DNA of 53,618 bases, counting the filler, from Jimgerdemannia flammicorona (Eukaryota): NCBI GenBank assembly GCA_003990765.1. It is 3 parts of 3 records of this genome, joined end to end, with 100 filler letters (N's around TTAATTAATTAA, not from the genome) between each part and the next. Parts side by side here need not be neighbours in the genome. Positions count along the whole stretch, not along the records: positions 17,908 to 35,713 come from RBNJ01002399.1; positions 35,814 to 53,618 come from RBNJ01002400.1; 1 more part is not named here. One strand, given 5' to 3'. Shown here in pieces: positions 24,533 through 36,560 of the stretch. A program made the translations under genes and the position numbers. Each line of letters opens with the position of its first letter. The first letter of the stretch is position 1. Below the pieces are notes generated by a model. The model did not search any database. It was given only the letters and a program-made list of their open reading frames with translations, and was not told the origin of the DNA.

Positions 24533-27500
24533 CTCAATTTGGATTTGTTTTGTTTGTATTTGTTTGTAATTTCTATCCTATAACTGGGATTGGCTCTCTC
24601 TTTATCTTCACTTATCTCTGGCAATCATGTGGTTTCTAATTTAGTTTACCCTGAGTTGTGGCATATTCTCCCTTTTGGAATGTTGTATTTTGTATATAAG
24701 GATTGTATTTTTATGTGGTAATGAATAGCTGATATATTTTCAGTTATATTCTTTATTTATCTCCCTTATATATACTCTTCTACATATCTTCTATTTGCTT
24801 TGACACTGGTTCTGGGTTTGCTCCCATAGCTCCCACTGGACCTTCCTCCTCCTCTGCTGTACTACCTGCCCTTGGGGCCTCTATTCTCATTGATGAGATC
24901 ATGGATGAGGTTCTTCCTCCTCCTTCCTCTGCTTTTATCCCTACCACTGTCTCATTTGAGACCTATGTCTTGTCTGTCATCCTCTCTCTCCCCCTAGACC
25001 TTTGTCCTTCTGGTTGTCTGCTCCTCTCTCAGTTCTGGTTGGTTCTTGCTCTCTTTGCTAAGGAGGCTTGTCTCTGCCATGACATCAACATCACTACTTT
25101 GTCTACTGTCTACTACTCTGTTCTCTCTGAGGCCTGCCACCAAGCCCTCTCTGAAGATTTTTGTGCTACCACTGCTGCCACCAAGCTTGACACTGTTGAT
25201 GCTGCTGCTACTTCCACCACTGCCACTTCTGCCTCCTTCTACTGTACCTGTGCTACTTTTGTAGTCTTTGCCTCCTCTCATCTTATAGATACTACTCCTT
25301 TCTGTAGCTTTGTCATCTAAGATGTTCTCTCTTCTACCACTAACATCAATACTATTCATTATTTCCTTCTTACTGGCACTTCTTTTGTTACTCATCTTCA
25401 TGAGTAGGAAATATCACATACTACTGCCACTGCTTGTACTACCACCACTGCTCCCCTGTCTGCCTCTCCTGAGATTTCAGTCTCTGAGGCCATCTGTGCT
25501 GAGGCTTGTACCACTGCCCATGCTGAGGTATATTCCTTTGCTGCTCTATGGCCAAGGCCCCTGCCAAGACTCCTGCCAAGCCCAACCAGACTTTGTCAGC
25601 CTCTTCCTGGTCCCCCTTCCCAGCCAAGGCCTCCTCCTCTATTACCCCTGCCCCTAAGTATGGCTGCCAACTTGGTTCTCACCCCATCAGGGCCTGGCCT
25701 TGTGCTGTCTGCTCTGGTCACCTCCACCATGCCTACTGATACCCAGCCAAGTCCATCTGCTCCCATAGTAGTGTCTCTTATGCTGCTGCCCCTTCAGCTG
25801 CTCACTCTCCCTCTGTCTCCTCTGCTGATTCCTCCTCTGCCTCCTCTATCTGTGCCCCTAAATGTAAGGGCTGCACAAAAGCCTGTGACCATAAGGTCTG
25901 GCACTCTGATAGAGTGTGCTCTCATTCATCAGGTTCACCACCTTCAAAAAAAGTCAGAAGAAAGGGGAAGGTCTCCTGTTCTTAAACTTCCTCTCAGCAT
26001 AGTTCTCCCCCAGTATCCCCATCCCTTCTCAGATTCCATTGTCACTTCTGGTGTACCCTGAGTGGTTCCTCATATTGTCTCTCCTTTGTCTTTCCCAGTT
26101 ACTTGTCTCAAATTTTTGGGTTTATTCTTCTTTTGGAATACTTTTATCTCTTTCTTTTTCTTTAGCTGACTGTCCCCTTTCTCCTCTTCAAGTCTTTGCC
26201 TTATCTTTGGATCCTCACTTTGTTTTTCCTGTGACTTCCTCACAATTCTCCTTCACTGATCTGGCTCATCTCACATATTTTTGTCATATTCTTGATCTTG
26301 TTATTTTCTTTGAGAATCATAGTAAGATGTCCTCTTGCTATTTTATTTCTAGTGATTGAGCCCTCCCTCCCAATGTCTCTTCACACTGCATATTTCTTGA
26401 CATAGCTTATACACTGTCCATTCCTGGATGTACTCACTCTTGCTTGGTTTCTAACTATACCATATATACTGTACTTAAATTGGTCAAGCAATTGCCCATA
26501 TACTTGCTCACAGTTACTAATAAGAATCAGGGTTTTACACTTATTCCTAAGTCACTCTATCTTGATGGCCTTTCTGCCCTCCTTCAAACTGTGGCTTATG
26601 AGTCTAGTACTCTTGAATTGGATGAGATTCTCCCTCTCTTTCAGGTCTCTCTGGCTCATGCCAGATTACTTTCAGATTCTCCTTTTGTAAACCCCATTTT
26701 TAACTTCTTTCAGGACTCTTTGTCCTCAGTTGACATTTATCTTTTGATTTTCTATACTCTTCCTAAAGTCCATAAGCCTACTTTGGCTTAGCATCCTATT
26801 ATAGCTACTTTTAGCTCCTCTATCACTAAGATTTCCAAGTAGTTATCCTGCTTCTTTCTCTCCTAGATGGCTCTCCTACAACACCATCTTGAGTCTGAGT
26901 ATACTATTCTTCATAATACTTAGAAGCTCACCCTTCTCTGCTCCACTATTGTACCTGTTCACCATTTTTCCTATTTGGCCTCTGGTGATTTTTCCTCCTT
27001 CTACACTACTATTCACTTTGATGAGATTGATGATTGTCTTTACTTCTTAGATTCCATTGTCTTTCCTTTGGATTTCCCAGTCTTGTTGGCTTCCATTGTT
27101 GAGCTTATGCTCCTTGTCTATAGCTCTAAATATTTTTAGTCAGCTCTTGGCTCCTTTTACCAGACTTCTGATATTGTCATGGGAATGAATTATACCCCTA
27201 TCCTTGCCAACTTTGTTGGCCTGGCCCATGAACTTCATGTAATATGTAATCCTTCTTCACCTCTTTCTATCACATTCTAGGCTGGGGATATCTTCTTTTG
27301 CCAATACATTGATGACTTTATTGTTCTTGCTGTTACTGGTATTGATATTCCTAGTATGTTCTATAGTATCTATTCTCTCTATTATTCTATTACTTAGGTA
27401 TGCAGTATAACTAGTATTCCTTTTTTGGACCTTTTTATTTCTCTTTCTTCTTTTTGAACTATTGTTTATTCTTATTTCCCTTATTCCCAATAGTTCTCTG

Positions 27501-27998
27501 ACTTCTTGTCTAATCATCCTCATTACACTCTTCTTGAATATATTTATAGTAAGGCTCATCATCTTGCATTATACTGCTCCCATCATTCCAATTAGATATC
27601 TGCTGTTTGGGTCCTTGACAACTTCATGGTCTATCATCATACCTATCCAATTTTTATTATTTATAATCTACTTGCTTCTGTTAAATAGTTTGTTGTTCAC
27701 TCTTTCCTCCTCTCTCCCTATTACCCCCCCTTCTCTCCCTCTCTCCCCCCTTACCCTCTCTATACCCCCTCTTCATTCCTACCTCCAATTCTCATCATAT
27801 TATTTGATCATACTCATTGGATTGATTAATGCTCTGACACTGTCCTGCACTCTTCTCTTTCATGCCATAGACTTTTGTCACTTTCTTAATACTCTCTAAT
27901 TACTCATTCACATCTTTCTTCTGTTTCTTCTTTAATTCATCACTCTTGTTTTGCATTTTTGTTACCTTCTGGTACCTCCAGCTCTGCTAGAGAGAATT
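24519..27998 (+). mobile_element. Penelope-like retroelement, copy B, inverted relative to copy A; complete RT, no endonuclease seen
   Basis: 24519-27510 is the reverse complement of 21387-24367. The RT frame includes TNKNQGFTLI, FYTLPKVHKP, GDFSSFYT, QYIDDFIV, IPFLDL and SNHP, and ends near 27998 with no GIY-YIG motif. Confidence 0.85.
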
Positions 27999-28502
27999 AA
28001 AAAATATCTTTACCCCCTCTGGGGTCCTGCACTCACTCTGGGGTCTCAGCCTTACTCTGTTCTCCTCTGCTGCCTTCGGCCTCTCACTTTGCTCAGACTT
28101 GCTGTGACTTGCTCCATTTCAGTCTCACTCCTCACTTGCACTTACCCCTCCAAGGTCTGTGGATGTTTTTTAATCTCGATTTGGATTTGTTTTGTTTGTG
28201 TTTATTTGTGGTTTTTATGCTATAACTAGGATTGGCTCCCCCTTTATCTCTACTTATCTCCAGTAATCATGTGGTTCCTAATTTGGTTCACCCTGAGTTG
28301 TAACATATCCTCTCTTTTGGAATGTTGTATTTTGTATATAAAGACTACATTTTTATGTGGTAATAAATGGCTGATGCATTTTCAGTTACATTCTTTATTC
28401 ATCCCCCTTATATATATATGCTCTTCTACATATCTTCTGTTCACTTTGACACTGGCTCTGGATTTACTCCTATGGCTTCTGCTGGGCCTTCCTCCTCCTC
28501 TG
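27996..28502 (+). repeat. Pseudo-LTR of the PLE (direct repeat of the element's 5' 500 bp)
   Basis: 27996-28174 matches the reverse complement of 24354-24532, and 28161-28502 matches 24519-24856. Partial terminal repeats are an established PLE feature. Confidence 0.85.
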
Positions 28503-28509
28503 GTATATC

Positions 28510-30050
28510 TTTTAGACTAACTATAAGTTTGTTATAAGTAAGTTCTTATTGGAGTACCTTCTTAAGATCTTATAGTTCTCAAACTTTTTATCTTTAAACT
28601 ATCTTATTATCTCTTAGATTGCTTGTATAGAATTGAGTATAAGTGAACTGAGGAAACTGACTTTATTTTAAAAAGAAAATGAGAGGAGTATTTATACAAA
28701 ATATAATTCAATGGTTACTAAGATATAAAGCTAAATATAAATTCTAATAACTAAATAAAATATTGGAATATTGAAAACTTCAGTTATAAGTACAAATTTA
28801 AGTATCTATATAAATAGTTACATATGTTCAGAATGCTGATAGATTTCAGTACTATAAGAAAAGGATACTAGAAGATTCAGATATTATAAAAAACTTAGAG
28901 CAGAATATTCAGGACCCTAGGTGCTTCATCTTTATCACTATCATTAAGATTAGAGATTGGAGACAGAATGTCTTGAAAGGAGATGAGGTCAGTGAATGTT
29001 TTATCTATCTTACATATTTTACATATGTTGCCAATTAGCAGAATGATATTATCACTGATGATGTCATTGTGGATGACATCATTATATTCAGTGACAGAGA
29101 AGATATTAAGGAGATCTGGGGCTCTCTAATCTATGACATTCTCTTCTACAAAATAATGGACAAATGTGGGGTCTTGGGGGGATCTAATCTGGATGCTGGG
29201 GCCTTGAAATACTGAGATCAATTCTTATAGGAATTGATCAGAATTGTCCTTAAGGATAAGATTCCAGAACTCTCCTATCTCATTACTATTAAGAGTAATG
29301 GTAGGTTGGACTTCTGTAGCAACTATAGCTTTCAGTGCATTGATATAGTAGGCTGACAATTCCTTGAAGTCTGAGACTTTAGTATACTCTAAGTTGAAGA
29401 TAAACTATAGTATATGTCTGAAGATCTGATGAATCTTCTTTACTATCCTTATTTCATATGCATCTATAGAAGTAGCATCTTGAATCTCTTGGGGACTGGT
29501 CTGAGGGAATTCCTGGCAGAGGAGATTTCCTATTTCATATTTCTGCTACATCTAGAGACATTTAGTAGCAATGGTAATCCTTGTTTCCATTTTATAAGAG
29601 TAGAGAATAAAGTGATAAGGGTCACAAGTACTTAGGTTGAGACTAGGAGTTCTTGTGTGAGTCCTCATGGCTCTTCTGATATCTTGGAACATTCTTTCTT
29701 AGACTGAGAATCCATGGCAATTCTTGGATCTTGAGGTTTGGTAAGCAGTAGGTATTTTATTTATAGTAAGTCTTTGAACTATTTTAGAGTTTTATATATC
29801 TTATTTGAGTTACTACTACTATAATTCCTTAGTCTTTCTTTTATATTCCTTGAGATATCTATCTTGTGGTCATGATGACTTATGATTGGTCATTATTACT
29901 CATCTTATAGCCTGGGTGAGTCATGTTATATGATTTTTTTGTGCTCTGATCTGGTGGCTTATAAGAAAAGACTATCTTCTATAATGATGTCACTATTCTG
30001 AGATCACTGTTACAATATGTTGAGTCAATCCTGAGGCAGATTTGCACTTT
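28510..30050 (-). mobile_element. Degraded Ty3/Gypsy 3' fragment carrying the accessory ORF
   Basis: The minus frame at about 29730-29300 reads RMFQDIRRAM...QKYEIGNLLCQE...KKIHQIFRHIL*FIFNLEY. Nucleotide similarity to 2100-2690. Boundaries approximate. Confidence 0.7.
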
Positions 30051-30487
30051 AGGTTGTAGTATAAGTAAGAAAGCTTTATATTTATATTAGATTTGAAAAG
30101 TAGAGAAGAATTTGAAGTATAATATTTTGAGTTTATAAATTTTAACAGTAAGTTTATTGGTAAGTTTATGAATATGAAATATACTGATCTAATATAGAAT
30201 TCTTTATCTGATTAGCTTTACACTTTTGTACTTATATATATAATATACTTATACATAGCACTTATGCTTACTTAATATACTTGTACTTGCTTAATGTACT
30301 TGTGCTTACTTAATATACTTATATATCATCATATTAACCAAATATAAGTAAGCAAGCTTTATATTCACTTATTAAACTTTCTGATATATATATATTCATT
30401 ATAAATATTACAGATACAAAAAGAGATCTTTATCTAGAAAAATTGTATCTTTTCTTATTTCTCCCCTTACTATAATCTCTTTATGCC

Positions 30488-31325
30488 GTTGACCTCAAGG
30501 ACCTGTTGGAACGTACCCTGCCCGCCACCACGACCCCCTCCGCCGCCAAACCGACTGCCCTACCCTCTCCCGACTACTACACCACCCTTCTCTCCGAGCT
30601 TGAATCCATTGGCTGGCATCGCGTCCACGACATTGACCCCTCGCTCGCCGAGTTTTCCATCCACATCACCGACACCTCCCGCCGCACGCACAAGTTGCAC
30701 GTGCGCCTCCCGGCCACGTACCCGTTCTCTGCACCTGCTATCACGGCCGACCTACCCGTTGCCGCCGCGGGGGCCGAGGGCAAGGGGAAGAGGCTGGCAG
30801 CGCTGGTAGAGCATTTCACGGGCGAGGTCAAGCGGTATGCTGATCTGTGGGATTGTCTGGACGATCTGGATGGGCAGACCTGGAGACTTGAGCCTGAGAA
30901 GCCCACGAGGGCAGAGGCATGGAGAAGGCTCGCATTGGGTGGGTTGCAACCACTGCTCTCTCCAGCTCGACCTAGACCCGACGGATCCAGTGCGGTCCCT
31001 ACGACCCACCTCTTCGGCCCAGAGCCGCGTATTGCGCCCCTTCGCGAAGCCATGGCGCGTAACCTGCACCTATGGTCTCGCGACCAGACCCCCCGGGCGA
31101 ATCTGGAACGCGTGCTGGGCATAACATTCCCCATGGGGAGTCTGCGGCGGGCGGGGCTGGAGCGGACGTTGAGTGCGGCATTTGCTACGCGTACAGGGAC
31201 TCCATCGCAAGTGCTTATTTGAGTGGCTTCGCGCGATCCCGTCAACACGCCAGAGTTTCAACATGCTGTTTGGCAACTGCCCATACTGCAATGAGGCGAT
31301 GACGACGACAATGGTTGATCGGTAG
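30488..31325 (+). pseudogene. FANCL: FANCL (Fanconi anaemia E3 ubiquitin ligase) homolog, 5'-truncated and frameshifted
   Basis: DLKDLLER, YYTTLLSELESIGW, LWDCLDDLDGQTWRLEPEKPTR, NLERVLGITFP, ECGICYAYR, HRKCLFEWLRAIPSTRQSFNMLFGNCPYC are spread over different frames. Shifts near 30945, 31010, 31135 and 31200; part of the RING and the N-terminal domain are missing. Confidence 0.85.
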
Positions 31326-31336
31326 CATGGGACGGT

Positions 31337-31380
31337 AGTGGTGGTGGTTGGTGGTGGTGGTGGTTGGTGGTGGTGGCGGC
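31337..31380. repeat. Imperfect (GGT)n microsatellite
   Basis: Seen directly, just after the FANCL stop codon. Confidence 0.85.
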
Positions 31381-33343
31381 GGGCGGAAGTGGTGGCGGGG
31401 TAAGTGATGGAATACGGATAGAGTGGTGGCAAACTGTATTGACTGAGTGTATAGTTTCAATTGTGTGCAATGCGTTTATCGATAATCTTACTGAGATTGA
31501 GAGCGTCTTGAAAACGAGTTCTCAATCAGAATCTACCAAAAAAAAAAAAAAAAAATCTTCCGTGATAAGGCGCGCCTTAGTTCCTCTCGACAGTGCATTT
31601 ACCCAATAGCTTTCGGCAGCCTAATGAATCGAAGTGCCTGAGTAGCTGTCACAGAACGGCACACGCATTTCTTTTTCTTCTGGCTTCGTGCTAGCATGGA
31701 TTTTTTCGGCTGCCCTCGTTCAAAAGGGATTGCAAAAAGGTCGGAAAAGGAGAGAAGAGAGGCATTATAGGCTATATCCTATTGACTACCCGTTCGGGAT
31801 GTAGACACTTCAGATCTGCGTTCACATCATGCAGCAGTAAGCAGTCTGCATCCATTTGCAGGGAATTGAGAAATACTACGGCGCGCTTCCCTTTTGCCCA
31901 AGTAGGCTGCCCACTCATATCCCATTGCACACATAGATAGCCCCATTCATCGCAGAGAGATCCAACCAAGAGATTGCCATGACCGCTCACGTCCCTACTG
32001 AGCGCGCCAACGAGGAAGTCGCGATGGTACGCCAACGTATCACCACACTACCGGTACTCCCACTCTCCACTAATCACCACGCTCCGCGCTCGTTCTTGGG
32101 CAAGACCAAGACAACGCCCATCATACCGAGCTGGCACAAGATGCTGGCAAACCAACGCAGGAGTTCGTGGTTGTGACGTTCAACGGGGTGGCGAGGGACA
32201 AGGACGTGGTGGAGCGGAAGAGGCTCAAGGGTAAACCCTGAGAGGAGGCTTGTGCTGGCGAAGTAATTACAACCCGCCGGTGAGTTCTGAGCCCGTAAGC
32301 AAATGGACAATTAAGTCGGGGTTTGGGCCAACGCGCATGCACTTGTCAGAGTCTTGGCCTTCGTAGCCTCTTCTGACTCGGAACCATCTTGCCCAAATGA
32401 CAGACATGGATGGTCGCTTGTGCAAGCGCAAGCGTGGTACTGGACGTGAAACAAATAATGACGCGTTAAACAACTTCTAGTGCATAAATTCCCACTATTT
32501 AGCGGTTACGCAGCATCGCGAAGGCACTCAATAATCAGGATGCCATTGAGGCACATGAAGAGGTATTTTCCGGCCGCACTAAACCAATATAATGAAATGG
32601 CTTTGCACACTTACATAAACACAGGAATCTAGATACAGACAAAATAAGTGTACAGGAACAATTCTCAAACCCCTATATAGTTAACTTTTTGCGGCCCTGT
32701 TTTCCGGTTTCGATAGTGGCTCCAATGCATTCGGCTATTGGCGGAGCAGATATACAAACACTCTTTCCCGTCTTGATCAAGGAAAGGTTTTTCCTGTCGC
32801 TGGAATTCATTCATTCTCACCTGGTCACGCAAATAAGCCCTTTGTAAGTTGCCCTCTAAGTACCCGACATTTCCTTATTGCCAATGGTAATCACCAGGTT
32901 CTTTATTTTAATCGGGTTCAATAGTTGTATATACTTAGACATTCCCGAATCGCCTCAATTGCTGAAACCCTTACCATCTAAAACCGACTCGCCGGGTAAG
33001 TGTCACTGAGCATTATGTACATATTATATTACCAATGTGCGCGAAGGTCAACTCTCGCTTCAATTCGTGAACGCTGAGTGCGGCCGAACGCCGAGGCCTA
33101 GAGAAACGGCGGAGAAGCCACGGTGTATGAGACATACATGTATAGTGTAAAGGTGCATGAAATAGAAAATAAAATCTATAGTGGAACGTATACAGCGTGC
33201 AACAGCATCCCACACGGGACTTAGTTCGTAGTTGTCGGATGGGCAAGGTGGTTTGGTTGGTTTGGTTGCTTATGAAAGCAGAGCTGAAACCGAAAATTAG
33301 GTAAGGGCGAATGGCGTATATACGTTGGGTTGCAGTGAATCAA

Positions 33344-34585
33344 GTGCTGGATTCAATTTCTGCCTCCTAACGTAAATTCCCATAATCCGATGCCACGGGA
33401 TCCCAAACAACTATAGATATAGCGGGGTCTTAGGACGCCCCTTTCTCCGTTTTGTATTTCCATCCCAATATTTGTGTATGCGCTCTAAAGCATCACCGAA
33501 TCAAAATGCCCCTTTGCAGCCTTTCGCCGTATCTTCCCGCCCTTGCAAAGTTTGCAGAATTGCGAATGGATGAGATAATCAAATGCGAAGAATTTACTCA
33601 CCGAATCCACTGATGGAAGATGTGCTAGATTCAATTTCTGCCTTCTGATGTAAACTCTCATATCCCGACGCCATGGGGATCCCCAAATAGCTACAGATAA
33701 AATGGCATCTTCCATATACCACCAGTTGACCTTCTGACGTCCTTTCTCTTTTTCGTATTCCCATCCCAATACGAATGTGTTCGTGTATGCACTCTAAAGC
33801 ACAAAATTGCATCATCAAATCAAAAGGCCTTCGAGGAGGCCTTCGCAGTCCTTTGCCGTCAACGCCGGATCCGCGGAATTGCGAATGGATGTCCGCCAAG
33901 ACGAAGATGTTGAGAGCGAGATTATCCAATGTGAATAATGTACTCGCCGAATCCGCTAATGGATTTTGACAAAGACGTGCAGAACTCCCATAATCCAATG
34001 CCACGGGGTCTGGATAAACTGGGGTCTTCTATATATCACAAATTGGTGTTATGAGCCTCTCTCCCTTTTTTGCATTCCCATCCCAACACGAATATGTTCG
34101 GGTATGCAATCTAAAGCATAAAATATGCGTTTTCGCAGTTCTTAGCCGTTTCTTCTCGGTCCGCGGAATTGCGAATTCTCGTTCATCACCGAATTCGTGG
34201 AATTGCGAATGGATGGCTGGGAAGACGAAGATAAGAATGTACTCGCCGAATCCACTGATGGATTTTGACAAAGGCATTACTGGATTCAATTCCCATAACC
34301 CGACGCCACGGGATTACAAACAGCTACAGACATACTGGGGTCTTTCATATATCACCAGTAGTTGTTTTGGTTCATTTCTCGTTTTGTATTCCCATCCCAA
34401 TACGAATATTTAATGCAGTGTTCGAGGGGCCTTCGCTATTTCTTCTCGGTCTTGGCCGAATACGTAGACCTGCGAATAGATATCCGTGAAGGCGAAGATT
34501 CTGAGAACTAGATTATCCAATGCGAAGAATTTATTCGGCGAATCCACTGACGAAGGCGTGTAGGATTCTGTTGAATCCACTGATA
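33344..34585. repeat. Four diverged tandem units of about 280-355 bp
   Basis: Units start at about 33344, 33621, 33976 and 34278. Recurring blocks: cccataatccgatgccacgggat; att(c/t)ccatcccaa; ctaaagca; gaattgcgaatggat; ccgaatccactgatgga. Confidence 0.85.
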
Positions 34586-34694
34586 AATTCTGGCGAGGAC
34601 GTGATGGTAGATTGTGGCTCTGGTAAATATACTCTTCTCGTTTCCATTCTGCCATACTCCATTTGTCCTTTTCAAATATTCTGATGCAATTGTT

Positions 34695-34726
<32 letters not shown>

Positions 34727-35574
34727 TGATGATAAATGAAAAGTGTACAAATAAGCAGAAAGAAGAGATGGTCTTGAATGAAAGGGAAAGCAAATAAAAT
34801 AAGGAGAGTGTTAGGCTCAGAGATGATTAATAAATGCAGAACCACAATGGAGTGCGGACACAATGTCAGGTAACCGATGACAAGGCCGATTACGACAAAA
34901 AAGAACGCGCCAAAAGGTTATCATGATGCGCCCCATCATCCGATACTAGCAAAAACGAAGTTTGGTACGTCACACCAATTAGAAACAACGAATAATACAT
35001 CATAAACCTATTGCTCCAGGACGATGATGTAAAACGAAGGAAAACTCCAGCAAAGCATGCCACCTGGAGGAGAGAATGAAACCAAGGTACAGCAAGGTGC
35101 ATTTTTTGGCGATCAAACCCTTCCAGTCCACTTCCCCGATAAAGCAAACCACCAGGAAGACAAGGTCAGCATACCAAGAGGGCAAAAACATTGCCAAAAG
35201 CGCATACGACGCAGGAGACATTGAATTCGCTGATGACAAATAAAGAAAGCACCAGCGAGGGACATTCAATTTGCTTTTACGCGCCAAATGGTGGGTACAT
35301 TTGAATTGCTATTATGCGCAATTGGTGCCATACACTACAGTGATCTACCGTTTTTATTTCAAAAAAATGAAGATTTTGCTAGCCAAGGTAGGCCGCTAAT
35401 TTGCTTCAAGTATTCACCAAGCAACTGTGTGGTAGCTTGTCAGGACGGCGCCCATGAACAATGGCAGAATATGACATTGACGCTGGACGAGGCGTGCTTG
35501 GCGACGATAAGGTCCGGGCTCTAGTACCGGACGTGGTTCTGGCAGAGAGAGATGTTTTTCGAGGTGGCGACAAA

Positions 35575-35615
<41 letters not shown>

Positions 35616-35713
35616 TTTTTTTTTTTTGTTTTTTTTTTTTTTTTTTTTTTTTTTTTTCCTACTATATTTATGAATAAACAAACTGTAGCTCTTAATCATA
35701 TATTGGTCAGTCT

Positions 35714-35813
35714 NNNNNNNNNNNNNNNNNNNNNNNNNNNNNNNNNNNNNNNNNNNNTTAATTAATTAANNNNNNNNNNNNNNNNNNNNNNNNNNNNNNN
35801 NNNNNNNNNNNNN
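35714..35813. other. Scaffold gap (Ns with TTAATTAATTAA spacer)
   Basis: Same linker format as the first gap; flanked by polyT and polyA runs. Confidence 0.97.
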
Positions 35814-35834
35814 AAAAAAAAAAAAAAGGAAATA

Positions 35835-36560
35835 ATGGAAGGAATGGGTTGATCGTAAATGATGTGGACGCGTTGATCCGGATTGGGAATTCCCTTGTGA
35901 AGCATTGTCATGACAAAAGTAAGGGTTATCTCCCTATTTAAGTATTGGTAGGGCGGTTGCGGGTCCGGGGGGGGGGGGGTTGTGGTCGGTTTTAAACGGG
36001 GTTCGAAAGTTGTTCACTAAGAGAATATTTACTGGAAGTTTTGTTGACCTCTTAAATCGTCAAGGTGCGCGCTCTAATATCCCGGTTTTAACCTCTATGC
36101 GTTACGGAAGTTACGTAAGCGTGTTGCCTCGTCTGCAAGCACGTCTTTTGTGCTCGCTCTTTAAGTCGTAACGAGTGGTCCGTGGGCGTAGATCGTTTTC
36201 CTAGTTTGTGCTATCAGCGCACAAGCCGTCCATGGGTCGTCCGGATCACACCGAATGAAATAGTGTCTTTTCACAGATCACGCTTGTGACGTGCGCACAG
36301 CACAGGGCAAACTGTAAACGCTCACTTTATAATGAAAAGTAATACGGGGTATTCTTTGGGCCGCACCGCACAAAACGCCGCGTTGAGTAAACCCCTCGCA
36401 CGTCGGGTAAGAACCCCGCACGGAGCACAGCCAACGGGCCCATATCAATGATCAAACGATCACATGCCTTACACATACCTCTGAACCAGTGCTACTTGAC
36501 GATTAGCTGCTGGGTTACGATTAGCTGCTGGGCAGGATAAATGCCCAATGGGAGCAGCTA
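35835..36560 (-). promoter_or_regulatory. Diverged direct duplicate of the P450 upstream region (41772-42480)
   Basis: Shared colinear blocks: atggaaggaat, gtggacgcgttgatccgg, gattgggaattccctt, tctccctatttaagta, tcggttttaaac.gggttcgaaagt, tttactggaagttttgtt, cgtcaaggtgcgcgct, gtcttttgtgctcgctctttaagtc, gatcacgcttgt, gccaacgggc, acgattagctgct. Confidence 0.85.

Noticed and set aside
31979..32245. Short GC-rich coding-like segment
   Set aside because: No recognisable domain or consistent splice model; may be a gene fragment but cannot be supported.
34890..35560. Possible membrane-protein exons on the minus strand next to the gap
   Set aside because: Hydrophobic short ORFs in different frames with no recognisable family or P450 motifs; unsupported without a search.
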